Below are positions 37,909 to 47,919 of a stretch of 64,000 nucleotides of DNA, one piece after another. The DNA lies in IMG/VR virus record IMGVR_UViG_3300037422_000307, positions 1 through 64,000 of that record; one strand, 5' to 3'. The stretch is from an uncultured virus (IMG/VR IMGVR_UViG_3300037422_000307). Lineage: Duplodnaviria; Heunggongvirae; Uroviricota; Caudoviricetes. Position numbers and translations under genes: made by a program. Each line of letters opens with the position of its first letter. The first letter of the stretch is position 1. The notes under the pieces were generated by a model. It had not been told where the DNA came from, did not search any database, and saw only the letters and a program-made list of their open reading frames with translations.

Positions 37909-38293
37909 GGAGTCCAAGCGTAGGCTCAGAAGAGCTTTCCAGGAGGGACGGCTTCGTATCCTTTCGGTGTCTCCTGAAGGGCAACAGCAGTGGAAACGTG
38001 TTTTAGCCGTTCACCGTGCCGAGGTAGGCCAGGAATCGATCTGGGAAGCCCTCACGGAACACGGGCCTATGGTACTCACGGGAGGTCACAGGGTTTTTGT
38101 CTCTCCGACCGAGAAGACGGAGATGGAAAACCTCCGTTCTGGCCAGAAGGTGCTCGGCGTCCTTGCGGATCAAGTCGGTGCCCCTACTCTCTTAGCCCTT
38201 AGGCGCGTTGAAGACCGCAAGTTCATGTACGACTTGACCGCCGAGGACTGGCATAACTTCGTTTTGCACAAGTCGAAGGTCGTAGTCAGCAAC
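37898..38293 (+). mobile_element. Split intein C-fragment (IntC, 132 aa)
   Basis: Has blocks B, F and G but no block A; terminal Asn at 38291-38293. Confidence 0.85.
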
Positions 38294-38791
38294 TCCCCGG
38301 ATCGCAACTACCACTTTCGGCCGCCGGAACAGGAAGGCGTCATCAAGAAGTACAACCGTGTATTCGGATACATCTGGGAGGACTACGAGCTGCTCTGCTA
38401 TCTCCAGATGGGCTTGGATTGGTTTAACTCCTTCCCGCCGGAGACGGAGAGTATCCGGACCCTCAATGACCTCTGTGCCCGTAAGCCTGTGTGGCGGACG
38501 TTCATCCTCTGGGCTGCCGCCGTACATGCGCTGTTCGCATTGAGTGCGAATTGGGTGGCGGACGAATTTTCGTACTCCATCGGAGGTATCTCGCTCGACA
38601 TCGAGAAGTCGTCGAAGTACGAGTCGCTCAAGAACAACGCCGAACAGCAGCTCGACAAGGCCACGGAGGCCAAGTCGAGGACCGTCAAGTTCATTCGAGG
38701 CCTACAGCAGCCGAAGTTCGGATTCGGCGTGCGTTCGGCTTTTGGCCCCGCGGTCGGCCGGGGGGTTCTTTCTCCTAGGAGTTTTGTGTAA
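37898..38791 (+). CDS. Fractured gene, part 2: 132-aa C-intein plus 165-aa C-extein
   Basis: Block B LTGGHRVF; block F MYDLTAEDWHNFV; block G VVVSN then Ser+1 (SPDRNYHF) at 38294. Confidence 0.85.
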   Translation: MLNEESKRRLRRAFQEGRLRILSVSPEGQQQWKRVLAVHRAEVGQESIWEALTEHGPMVLTGGHRVFVSPTEKTEMENLRSGQKVLGVLADQVGAPTLLALRRVEDRKFMYDLTAEDWHNFVLHKSKVVVSNSPDRNYHFRPPEQEGVIKKYNRVFGYIWEDYELLCYLQMGLDWFNSFPPETESIRTLNDLCARKPVWRTFILWAAAVHALFALSANWVADEFSYSIGGISLDIEKSSKYESLKNNAEQQLDKATEAKSRTVKFIRGLQQPKFGFGVRSAFGPAVGRGVLSPRSFV

Positions 38792-38794
38792 AAT

Positions 38795-40474
38795 GTGAGT
38801 TTTCTCACGTCCACGGCCCTCCCGAAGCACACGAACGGCTGCTCCAAGTGGGAGGCGGTGATCGGGGTTCCTCCTTCCGAGTTCGACTTTGACAGGCACT
38901 TCCAACGGGGCCTGTGGGCCTCTGGGGCGGTCGAGGGGACCGACTACGTCCGATGCCTCCTCTGTGCCAAAGAGGGGACAGAGGCCCGTGTGAAGCGTCT
39001 GGCGGACCACCTCAAGCGGCTGCATGGCGGCATGTCACGGGCACAGTACGGGGCTCAATTTCCAGGGGCTCCCGTTGTCGCTCGATCTTCGGGGGCCAAG
39101 CGTCAGGAGACCACCCAGTTGCGGTACGGAGTGGACAACGTCGGGCAGACCGATGAGGTCAAGGCGAAGACGCGTCGAGCTGCACAGGCCAAGTACGGGG
39201 TCAGTCATCATCTCCAAGCGACAGAGGTGATCGCCCGTCGGGCTGAGACCAATTTGGAGAAGTATGGAACAGAGAACGTGTTCGCCTCCGAGGAAATCAA
39301 GGCCAAGATCCGAGCGACGAACCTAGAACGTTATGGCGCGGAGAATCCTCAACAAGCAGCAGAGATCAGAAGGCGTACGGAACAGACAACCCTCGCACGC
39401 CACGGAGCCTCGTCCTTCCTCCACTCTCCTGCGTGGTGCTTAGAGTTGGCGAGGAAGCGCGCCGAACGGGAACGACGGCAGCGTGAGGAGTTGATCAGGT
39501 CGGCTAACTACCAAATCTGCCCGCACTGCGACGAGGCGTTCACCAGGATCACGAGCCGCCACAAGGCGATCTGCGATGGCTGGCCCGACACAGAGATACC
39601 GGAGCCGTGTCTGTGCGGTCACGAGAGTACGAGCCTCACGCAGATGAAACGGCATCGACAGATCTGTGTTGTCTGGACGCTGCGCGATGCGGGCGCGGTG
39701 GCTCGTGCACGGTATCTACAGACTATGTTGGAGCGGCATGGAGTAGTACATCCGCTTCAATCGGAAGAGATCCAATCACGGATGGCGGCGACCAATCGAG
39801 AACGATACGGCGTAGACAATGTGTTTGAAGGAGACTCTCCCTTCTATGCTGAAATTCAAGCGGCTCTTGTGGGGAAACGTCCTGTTCTCCGAGGCGATGA
39901 CAACCCGTTCGCTTGGCCGCAGGTGAAGGAGAAGATCTTGCGCGAGTGTCTCGCCAAGGTAGGCCACGAGTTCCCAGACTTCCCGGAGGCGGCCACTACG
40001 GTGGAGGATCTCGTCGAGCGTTACGGCATGACGCATCCAATGCAGGATCGGGATTTCGCGCGGACGATACTGCTCGCGCAGGGCACGAACCGCGAACCGA
40101 ACGGTCCTGAGCGGATGGTTCAGGTGTTGGAACCTCGACTGATGTACACAGGTGATCGGAAGTTCTGGAGGTGGCTTCCCCGGCTCGGACGGCACAAGAA
40201 CCCCGACTTCGTGCTCCCCGGACCCGTGCCAGACCATCCTTTCCGCGACTTGCGTAAGGTGGTGGAGGTCAACGGAGACTGGTGGCACAGCGAGAAGTTC
40301 ACGGACATGTGGCCCTTTGAGCACGAGTCTGAACTCGTGGCGGCTTACGCCGAGGTCGGTCTAGAGTGCTTGGTGGTCTGGGAGTCCGAGGTCAAGAGCG
40401 ACCCTGAGGGAGTGCGTGCGCGGCTGCGCGCGTTTCTCGGAGGTAGCCTGCCTACGCCCGTTGCTTCGGCATGA
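38795..40474 (+). CDS. Putative homing endonuclease with T.LE(K/R)YG.(E/D)N repeats and C-terminal Vsr-like nuclease
   Basis: Repeats RYGVDN, KYGTEN, RYGAEN; C-terminal NPDFV...VEVNGDWWH...LVVWESE. Confidence 0.78.
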   Translation: MSFLTSTALPKHTNGCSKWEAVIGVPPSEFDFDRHFQRGLWASGAVEGTDYVRCLLCAKEGTEARVKRLADHLKRLHGGMSRAQYGAQFPGAPVVARSSGAKRQETTQLRYGVDNVGQTDEVKAKTRRAAQAKYGVSHHLQATEVIARRAETNLEKYGTENVFASEEIKAKIRATNLERYGAENPQQAAEIRRRTEQTTLARHGASSFLHSPAWCLELARKRAERERRQREELIRSANYQICPHCDEAFTRITSRHKAICDGWPDTEIPEPCLCGHESTSLTQMKRHRQICVVWTLRDAGAVARARYLQTMLERHGVVHPLQSEEIQSRMAATNRERYGVDNVFEGDSPFYAEIQAALVGKRPVLRGDDNPFAWPQVKEKILRECLAKVGHEFPDFPEAATTVEDLVERYGMTHPMQDRDFARTILLAQGTNREPNGPERMVQVLEPRLMYTGDRKFWRWLPRLGRHKNPDFVLPGPVPDHPFRDLRKVVEVNGDWWHSEKFTDMWPFEHESELVAAYAEVGLECLVVWESEVKSDPEGVRARLRAFLGGSLPTPVASA

Positions 40475-40605
40475 TCTCGAGCGCGAGGAGAGTCACCCAC
40501 GACGCGGTCTTGGTCGCGGCATTGGGGCGACGGGGAATGGTTTCGCCCGGCTCGTGGTAGCGGTTCTGTCGCCTGGTAGTTCGACTATTGGTTGTCCAAC
40601 ATCAA

Positions 40606-43482
40606 ATGGTCCCGGGCTCCATCCTTGTTCTGCGTGCGATCCACACGGGAGTTCTCCCGGACGGACGGCCGAACTTGGCGTCGGTGTTGATCGATGATGC
40701 GGATTTTGGGTTTGAGCAGCAACATCGAAAAACTGCGGTGTACGTCCCGGTTGGTGGCTTCATCGATCTCGCTTTGACCTCGAGGACTTTGTTCTCGTTG
40801 ACAGACGGGAACATCGCAGGGCACGTCCGCACGGGTGTCTTGCGGGTCGACATGTTCATCCGTCTCCGCAACCCTGCGGATCTCGGCGGTCCGCTCGGGG
40901 CTGGTGTCCCTCTTGCGGGAGCGGTCCCGAACCTTCAGCGTGTGGGCGGAGTTCTCCAACTGGTGATCGATGCTGCGACTGCCCAAGGGTACATCCTGGG
41001 CGAGTCCCTGACGGTAGCCGGGCTGGTGGGTGCTCTGCGTCCCCTCAATGGGACGTACACGATCTCTGCGGTTGCCAAGGGGGAGAATTTTGCCGGGGTG
41101 TCTCCGGTCCATTTTCTCCTCTCTGTCCCGTCTGCCGGTCCCGACATTGCAGCAGTGACACTTGCGGGGGTCACCCTGACTCTCCCCGATGGGAAGGTTC
41201 GTATTGAGTTATCCGGTTCAGGAAACGCGGGTGGGATTTCGGCTGAGTCTGCGCTCTACGTTGGCGGCGACGCGAACGTAGTGGGGGCGATTGATCCGAC
41301 CTCACAGCAGATGACTCCGGTGCCTTCTGCTGGTGTTGCTCCTGTGTCGTTCTTCGTCCAGGACATCGACGGGGTTCCCTACTTCAAGGATGCTGCCGGA
41401 GTTCTCCACGCCATGGTGGGTGGGGGTGGAGGAGGTGGTGGTGGGAATGACGTGGTGTACCGGCCAGGGGGGACGGCGGGAGGGAACGTCTACACGACCT
41501 GGGCCACGGCGTACGCGGCGGCGCTCACGGTTTTGCCGGCACGGATTATCGTCGACAGCTCGTTGGTGAGTCCTGCTCCGCTGGATGCAGGGGCGTGGGA
41601 CATGGCGGGGATGTCCTTGGCGGGGACATTCAACAGCATCGTCCCAAGCTGGCTGGAGATCCAGGACGGGGCAACGATCACGAACCTCTTCTACGTCACG
41701 AACTTGTTGCAGATTTCAAGCGTTAGCTCGCTGCCTGCAATCACGCCTCTTCCCTTCATCGCATTCCTCCTGGATTACGGGGCTTCGTTGTTGGGAACTG
41801 GGCCGGCTCCCATCATTGAGTTTTCCAGCTCCTCGGGGTTCGTCCTTCAATTTCTCGGATCACAGATCATCGGTCCCAACGCCATCGGTGTGGTGGCTCC
41901 GAACGTGGTAGGAATTGCTCTGTATGCTTCGACGTTTCTGAGCAACGACAGCATCACGGGGACCGGAAGTCTCGATATCTTCATTCGAGATGCCACGTCG
42001 AGCATTGGTGACGTACAGACGGGGTTGACGGGAGGGGTTTCTGTCAATCTTGACCTGGCTTCTTCCCAAATCGGGTTCAGTACAAGCAGTTTCCTGGCGT
42101 CTACGGATGTCCAATCCGCGATCAACGAGTTGGCGAACTTGTCCGGGGTTCCGGTTTTCGTGTTCCGGCCAAGCGCTGGTACTTCAGGGAACATCTACGA
42201 CGACTGGTTCGCTCTGATGGGCACCGTGGTGCAGGTTCTTCCGCATCGGCCCATGATCGTGTTCGACGACACCTTCGCGCCATGCACAGTCCCGGCAGGC
42301 GTTTGGGACCTGACGGGGGTGACCTTGGCGGGTCGGTCAACGCTCCTTTTTGGAGGACCTACCGGCACGTCAGTGACCTTGGCTGACGGGTGCGTGTTCT
42401 TGAATCTGGAGAGGGTCACGGGCCATCTGGACCTCATTTCGATCAGCATGGCGCCCGTCTTTTCGTGTATCGGTACACAGAACTATCTGGTGATTGAGGA
42501 GGGGTCGAGTCTTCGGGCTACGGGGACGGACTCGTTTCTCAGTGTGGCTTCCGCAACTTTGACCGTTGAGTTGCGGGACGGAGCGAAGTTCCTTGCCGGG
42601 CCTTCTCCTGTTCTACAGAATGATCCCCCAGGTGGGACCGCTGTTCTCATCATCAATGATGGGGCAGTGGTAGAGGCGGACACGTTGGGTGGGACGATTG
42701 GGGGGACTTGGACAGTCATCTTCCGGTCCCCTGCCCACCAATTCTCCGGCACTCAAACGGGCCTGACTGACGTCTTGACACGTCGGTACGAGTATCCGCT
42801 TGGACCTGGATCCGGGGGATTTGGGTACTTCTTCGACGACTTCACCTCCACCGTGGTAGCCAGCTCGCTGCAGTGGAGCGCAACCGCCAACGGAGCGGGC
42901 AGTGGCGTGTTCGTGGATACGACCTTGGCCACTGCCGCGAACCCAGGGATCAGGCGTCTGGATACCGGGACCACGGCTGCGGGTCGAGGACTACTTCGGC
43001 AGAGCCCCACGATGGCGTACTTGGGGATGAGTGGGGAGTCGTTTGTTGAATGGGTTGTCCGAATCCCGACGTTGTCCACAGTGGGTGTCGAGGACTATTT
43101 CGTGAATGTTGGGTGGAACAACAACACAACCGGAACACAAGGGACGCAAGCGATTGCTTTCCGCTACGATGACGGGAATTGGATCGCGTATGCCCGGGCT
43201 GGTGCTGCGGTCGACACCTCGACCATCGACACGGGTATTGCTCCTGTTGCGGGGGCCTGGACGAAGCTGCGCATTGAGACGACCCCCGCAGGGGCGTTTT
43301 TCTACATCGGGACGAGCCCGGGGACCTTGACTCTCGCAGCGACAATGCTCCCAGCCGTCTTGCCGACCACCCTTGGGCTCCTGGCCCCCATGGCGATCAT
43401 CCAAAAACAGGCTGGATTGCTGAGTCGGACCATGTTCGTGGACTACTGCCACTTCGGCTACACGCTGTACACGTCGAGGTAA
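40606..43482 (+). CDS. Large fibre/spike-like virion protein
   Basis: G/T/V/S-rich; poly-Gly linker; two internal repeats (YRPGG..GNVY.TW / FRPSA..GNIY.DW); N-terminus paralogous to 45354..46940. Confidence 0.7.
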   Translation: MVPGSILVLRAIHTGVLPDGRPNLASVLIDDADFGFEQQHRKTAVYVPVGGFIDLALTSRTLFSLTDGNIAGHVRTGVLRVDMFIRLRNPADLGGPLGAGVPLAGAVPNLQRVGGVLQLVIDAATAQGYILGESLTVAGLVGALRPLNGTYTISAVAKGENFAGVSPVHFLLSVPSAGPDIAAVTLAGVTLTLPDGKVRIELSGSGNAGGISAESALYVGGDANVVGAIDPTSQQMTPVPSAGVAPVSFFVQDIDGVPYFKDAAGVLHAMVGGGGGGGGGNDVVYRPGGTAGGNVYTTWATAYAAALTVLPARIIVDSSLVSPAPLDAGAWDMAGMSLAGTFNSIVPSWLEIQDGATITNLFYVTNLLQISSVSSLPAITPLPFIAFLLDYGASLLGTGPAPIIEFSSSSGFVLQFLGSQIIGPNAIGVVAPNVVGIALYASTFLSNDSITGTGSLDIFIRDATSSIGDVQTGLTGGVSVNLDLASSQIGFSTSSFLASTDVQSAINELANLSGVPVFVFRPSAGTSGNIYDDWFALMGTVVQVLPHRPMIVFDDTFAPCTVPAGVWDLTGVTLAGRSTLLFGGPTGTSVTLADGCVFLNLERVTGHLDLISISMAPVFSCIGTQNYLVIEEGSSLRATGTDSFLSVASATLTVELRDGAKFLAGPSPVLQNDPPGGTAVLIINDGAVVEADTLGGTIGGTWTVIFRSPAHQFSGTQTGLTDVLTRRYEYPLGPGSGGFGYFFDDFTSTVVASSLQWSATANGAGSGVFVDTTLATAANPGIRRLDTGTTAAGRGLLRQSPTMAYLGMSGESFVEWVVRIPTLSTVGVEDYFVNVGWNNNTTGTQGTQAIAFRYDDGNWIAYARAGAAVDTSTIDTGIAPVAGAWTKLRIETTPAGAFFYIGTSPGTLTLAATMLPAVLPTTLGLLAPMAIIQKQAGLLSRTMFVDYCHFGYTLYTSR

Positions 43483-43485
43483 CCC

Positions 43486-43794
43486 ATGACCGGAGAGTAT
43501 CAAGCAGCGATTTCGTTCAAGGGAGATGGGACCGTCCGACTCAACGATGGGTTTTCAGCCACCTCGAAAACAGGAACGGGGGTCTACGAGGCAGTCCTCG
43601 AGAACGGGATGGGCACCGCGGAAGCGTGCATCCTGGTCACTCCGTGGTTCCCTGCGGCCGCAACTCAAGTGCCTCGGTATGCCTCGGTGACGTTGCTTGA
43701 CGACGGCGTCACGGTTCGTATCTCGGTCTTTGATTCCGCAGGTGTTGCGGTTGATGGCGCGACCTGTGTGCTCGTCTACAGGATAGCCGTATGA
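43486..43794 (+). CDS. Small virion/fibre-associated protein
   Basis: KTGTGVY motif of the kind seen in fibre tip domains. Confidence 0.55.
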   Translation: MTGEYQAAISFKGDGTVRLNDGFSATSKTGTGVYEAVLENGMGTAEACILVTPWFPAAATQVPRYASVTLLDDGVTVRISVFDSAGVAVDGATCVLVYRIAV

Positions 43795-44029
43795 TGTGGC
43801 TCTGCGCCTCTCCTGCGCCCTACCTGTGCCATGTCTTACCGGTGGTGGGGTGCTCGGTGTTTCGTCTTCCTGATGGTCGTGTCATGCGGTTCTGCATCGC
43901 CCGGACGGAACCCCCAGTTCGCGAGAGAGAGGTGACTCCTACTTGTGGCAAAGGCACGGGTTCCAGGGCGTTTGGAATTCCGGGGTAGGCATCGGAACTT
44001 GACGACATGAGTTTTACAGGAACGTCCTC

Positions 44030-44218
44030 GTGGCCTGCATCCACAAGTCGAAGCCTGGCCAGCCATCCAAGGTCGTTGTCCCGATCCCGATCAGGCAGAT
44101 CGGAGCTGGTGACGTCGTCAAGAAGGTGACGACGGCCTTTGGCATGAGGACGTGCGGGCTCTGCGAGCAGAGGCGCAGGTGGCTGAACTCCAAGCTCGTC
44201 TTCGGCGTACGTAGATAG
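44030..44218 (+). CDS. Small Cys-containing hypothetical protein
   Basis: GAGDVVKKVT..FG...CGLCEQRRRWLN. Confidence 0.55.
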   Translation: MACIHKSKPGQPSKVVVPIPIRQIGAGDVVKKVTTAFGMRTCGLCEQRRRWLNSKLVFGVRR

Positions 44219-44222
44219 GGCC

Positions 44223-44456
44223 ATGAATGACGAGGATCCCGATCCCGGTCCCTGCCCCGTCCGAGGCAGGTGCTCGCTGTTTCCCATCCTGAGAGAGCGA
44301 GAGGCCCTCGGGTACTGGCTGGGGGCCTACTGTTTGTCGGAATTCGTCCGCTGCGCCAGGTACGAGGAGACGAGACGAGGCGGGGTTGTTTCGTCTCTTC
44401 TTCTCCCGAACGGGCGGCACATGGGAGCCGACGACGCGGGGGACGAATCACAGTAG
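44223..44456 (+). CDS. Small Cys-rich hypothetical protein
   Basis: CP...CSLF...YC...CARY...LLPNG. Confidence 0.6.
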   Translation: MNDEDPDPGPCPVRGRCSLFPILREREALGYWLGAYCLSEFVRCARYEETRRGGVVSSLLLPNGRHMGADDAGDESQ

Positions 44457-44714
44457 CGGCGCGAGGCCGTGCATCTTCCGCGCGTCATTGCACGTCGAGG
44501 ACCCGGGCAGGAAGTCCCTGCACGCCTCCGGGCGCTGCGCGTAAATCGAGCACGACACGTGGACTCCTACGTTCCCGCGCAGCCCCGAGCACATGACGCG
44601 GCCACGGTGGGTGACGCATGGTTCTCCGTCCTGGCGCAGCATGCCTCGCACCTGGAGCACAGGTCCGCAGCATGCGCCGCAAGCCAGGCAGGGATTGTCC
44701 GCGGCCTCCTCCAT
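44448..44714 (-). CDS. YkgJ-family cysteine-cluster protein
   Basis: CLACGACC...CSIYAQRPEACRDF. Confidence 0.85.
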   Translation of the reverse strand: MEEAADNPCLACGACCGPVLQVRGMLRQDGEPCVTHRGRVMCSGLRGNVGVHVSCSIYAQRPEACRDFLPGSSTCNDARKMHGLAPLL

Positions 44715-44777
44715 GCTCGTTGTACCCGTATCGGGTCTCTCGCGTCGCTTGTCTGTTTATCTCCATCCCGTCCTGAG

Positions 44778-45038
44778 ATGGTCACGATCCCTGCGCCGTG
44801 CCCCACGTGCCGCGGGTCTGGCACTGTGATGGTCGTGCCCGCCGGCTGCCCACGATGGCTGGAGCCCACGCTGCTCTCTCTAGCGAGATGCCTAGCGTGT
44901 CGCGGGGAGGGTCGAGCAGACTGGCGAGAACCGACCGACGTCGAGCTGGTTGAGGCGTGGGACGCGGGAGGAGGATTTGCCAGCCGGGAGATGGCGGCGG
45001 CGATGTCCGCTCCGGGAGACGGCCCGACGACGAGGTAG
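44778..45038 (+). CDS. Small DnaJ-type zinc-finger protein
   Basis: CPTCRGSG...CLACRGEG. Confidence 0.55.
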   Translation: MVTIPAPCPTCRGSGTVMVVPAGCPRWLEPTLLSLARCLACRGEGRADWREPTDVELVEAWDAGGGFASREMAAAMSAPGDGPTTR

Positions 45039-45059
45039 GGCCCATGGATCCGCCGGCGA

Positions 45060-45262
45060 GTCCCCATCGCCACGCTCAAGATCGCGTATGTCGAGGAACA
45101 GGAACGACGATAGTTCCCCCCGGCTGCTCCAGGCAGCTGGAGCCCTTCTTTCTCTCGCGATACGCCATGGTTGTCATGGGTGAGCCAACTGGGAAAGTCT
45201 GACCGATGTCGAGCTGGTTGAGGCATGGGACGCCTGCGGCGGTTTGTGCCTTTCCGCGATGA
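45060..45262 (+). pseudogene. Degenerate tandem copy of the 44778..45038 gene
   Basis: 33-nt core 45201-45233 matches 44933-44965 with 2 mismatches; further similarity upstream with indels. Confidence 0.55.
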
Positions 45263-45353
45263 TACAGCGGCGTCTTCGCGCATCCTCGGTTCCCGATAAT
45301 CACTCGATAAGTGGGACTCGACAGAAGCCGTACACCGGCAGCTTGTTCACGCC

Positions 45354-46940
45354 ATGACCAACATCGTCGCCGTCCTGATTGTGCGCTGCACCCACACGGG
45401 GGTGTACGCCGACGGGCGCCCGAACACGGCTTCCGTCACGATCTACGATCTCGACGAGATCACGATCCAGAAGAACCGGACGCGCTACGTCCCGATCCCT
45501 CCTGGTACAACAGTGGACATCCCGATGTCCACACGGACGTTCGTGTCGTGGCACAACGGCGACATCTGCAAGTTCACGATGCTGGGGCTGATCCGCACAG
45601 AGGTCATCCTCCAGCTCCGTGACAAGAACAACTGTGGGGGTCCGGCGGGCACGGGGCAGACTCTCCGTCCCGCGGTTCTCAACATCGAGCGTGTTGGCAA
45701 CGTGCTGCGGCTCGTTCTCCCCGACAACGTCATCCCGACGACCTTGGACTCGGTCGGGTTTATGCAGGGAGAGCCGGTCGAGATCACCGGGCTCACAGGC
45801 GCCTTCCGCAAGCTCAACGGGGTCTACACGATCTTGAGCGCGAGCCCGGCCACGGGGCTGGCCGGAGCCGCTGTGGGTTCCTACCTTGTCGAGGTGCCTT
45901 CCGTGGGCTCGGACATAGCTGCCGCGACCTTGGCTGGCGTGAATCTGTGTCTTGCCGAGGGTCGGGTCGTCGCGCAGTTCAGCAGCGCTGGCAACGTCGG
46001 AGGGTTCGGAGCCAACGTCATAGGCTATATTGGGGGTCAGTTCTTCCCGAACGCAGGAGGAGGAGGATCGGCTCTCGCCGTAGAGGATGAGGGGGTCCTG
46101 GTCGATCCTGCCGTCACGCTCCTCAACTTCGTGGGCGCGGGCGTCACGGCCTCAAGCACGGGTCCTGGATCGGTGGACGTAACCATCCCTGGAGGAGGTG
46201 GGGCGCCAGCCGACGCTCAGTACGTCGTGATGGCCCTCAACGCGGCGCTTACAGACGAGCGCGTCCTGACGGCTGGGACGGGGATCTCCATCGTCGATGG
46301 AGGAGCCGGGGGGGCCGTCACCATCTCGGTCACCATCACGCTGGCGCAACTCCTCGCCAATGGGAACACGACGGGTGGCACGGACATCGTCATCTCGACG
46401 GGTGATGAGATTGTTGGCGCAACTGACCTCGTGCTCAACCCGGGGGGTGCCGCAGGCGACAACGTCATCATCGACGGCCTCACGTGGCCGGACACGGATG
46501 GGAATGACGGTGACGTTCTCACGACGGACGGGGCCGGGAACCTGACCTTCACGGCGCCCCCGTCGGCTGTGCTAACGTGGGGCGATGGTTCGGTTGCGCC
46601 GAGCACGACAACTCGCTATCTGGAACCGGGTTGGGAGGCAGGCACCGCGCCGCTGGCTCCTATTCAGTGGCGTAGTCCGCGAGCGGGGACGCTTCGGAAT
46701 ATGCGGGTGCGGCACAACTCGCTGGTCGGGAACGGCAACACGATCGTCTACACACTGCGGGTCAACGGTGTAGCCACAGCGTTGTCGGTCAGTCTCGCAT
46801 CAACTACGGCAGACGGGTCAGATCTGGTTAATTCAGTGACGGTAGCGGCCGGTGATCTTCTCGATATTGAGGTCACGAAGACGCTTGTCATTGGTGCTGG
46901 TGGCGTGGACGTGGTGGCCAGCATGGAGTTCGCCGCGTGA
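45354..46940 (+). CDS. Fibre-like virion protein
   Basis: HTGV..DGRPN.ASV N-terminus shared with 40606; VEDEG...LNFVGAGVTA and DGDVLTTDGAGNLTF fibre motifs. Confidence 0.72.
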   Translation: MTNIVAVLIVRCTHTGVYADGRPNTASVTIYDLDEITIQKNRTRYVPIPPGTTVDIPMSTRTFVSWHNGDICKFTMLGLIRTEVILQLRDKNNCGGPAGTGQTLRPAVLNIERVGNVLRLVLPDNVIPTTLDSVGFMQGEPVEITGLTGAFRKLNGVYTILSASPATGLAGAAVGSYLVEVPSVGSDIAAATLAGVNLCLAEGRVVAQFSSAGNVGGFGANVIGYIGGQFFPNAGGGGSALAVEDEGVLVDPAVTLLNFVGAGVTASSTGPGSVDVTIPGGGGAPADAQYVVMALNAALTDERVLTAGTGISIVDGGAGGAVTISVTITLAQLLANGNTTGGTDIVISTGDEIVGATDLVLNPGGAAGDNVIIDGLTWPDTDGNDGDVLTTDGAGNLTFTAPPSAVLTWGDGSVAPSTTTRYLEPGWEAGTAPLAPIQWRSPRAGTLRNMRVRHNSLVGNGNTIVYTLRVNGVATALSVSLASTTADGSDLVNSVTVAAGDLLDIEVTKTLVIGAGGVDVVASMEFAA

Positions 46941-47908
46941 GCACTTTCCGCTACAGACTCGCGGGCGTCTCGCCGGAAGGACTCGACACCTACATCGAGG
47001 CTGGATCTGGCGCTTCGACTGAGCTGTTTGCCAGGCCCCCTTGGACTACGGTCACGCTCGTGGATGACACGCGCGAGCCTGATCTCGACGAATGGATGAG
47101 CAGGTTCGGGTACGTGCCGGACAGTACGGGCCCCGTGGTCGTTGTCTCCGCGGACCACACGATGGGCACGGAATCGATCGTGCTTGTCAACGCCACTGGC
47201 GGTCCCGTCCAGGTCGATATTCCTCTCACTGCTGGGCGACTCGGCGACGAGTTAGTGGTGATGAAGATTGATGGTTCTGCCAACGCCGTTACGGTCACGC
47301 GAACCGGGGCAGACACTATCGACGGGGCCGTTACGCAGGTCCTCGGCCAACAGGGGGATTCTCTTCGCCTGTTGGCTGATGAGATTTCGACGAATTGGCA
47401 TATCTCGGCTAGTCGACGCGCGCGGGACATTACGTTCGACAGTAGTGGGCTCCCTACTCTCACCGCCGTCAATGTTCAGGATGCCATCGGCGACGTTATC
47501 TCGGGGGATCTCACATCGATCCAAGTTTTCACGTCGGGGGAGGCACTTACTGCAGGGGATCTCCTTACGCTGAACAGTTCGGGGGACGTGGTTCGCGCGG
47601 TTTCGTCTATCGGCTCGGCCAGTTACGAGGTGATCGGCGTATCCAGTCAAACCGTGGGCAGCGGCGTGTCCGTCCAAGTCGTTACGCATACGGGTGCGAT
47701 GCCTAACGTGCGTTTTACGGTCGCTCCAGCAGCCGCGTTCAACGGGCGTCTCGTATTTCTCAGTGCATCCACGGGGCTCGCTAGCACTTCTCCTCCTGTG
47801 ACCGGAGGCAACGTCATTTTCACAATCGGGACTCTCCAAGGAGCCGACGGCGCTACCTCGACTCCTGTGGTGGTGTTCCGTCCACAACTCATCGCCCTTC
47901 GCTCGTAA
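46937..47908 (+). CDS. Virion protein with C-terminal capsid-cement-like domain
   Basis: GEALTAGDL...VIGVS...VFLS...IGTLQGADG C-terminus shared with the next gene. Confidence 0.68.
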   Translation: MSTFRYRLAGVSPEGLDTYIEAGSGASTELFARPPWTTVTLVDDTREPDLDEWMSRFGYVPDSTGPVVVVSADHTMGTESIVLVNATGGPVQVDIPLTAGRLGDELVVMKIDGSANAVTVTRTGADTIDGAVTQVLGQQGDSLRLLADEISTNWHISASRRARDITFDSSGLPTLTAVNVQDAIGDVISGDLTSIQVFTSGEALTAGDLLTLNSSGDVVRAVSSIGSASYEVIGVSSQTVGSGVSVQVVTHTGAMPNVRFTVAPAAAFNGRLVFLSASTGLASTSPPVTGGNVIFTIGTLQGADGATSTPVVVFRPQLIALRS

Positions 47909-47919
47909 GGAACCGAGAC

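Noticed and set aside
44933..45233. 33-nt direct repeat as an att site or mini-CRISPR
   Set aside because: Similarity extends on both sides with indels, consistent with a decayed gene duplication; no integrase nearby
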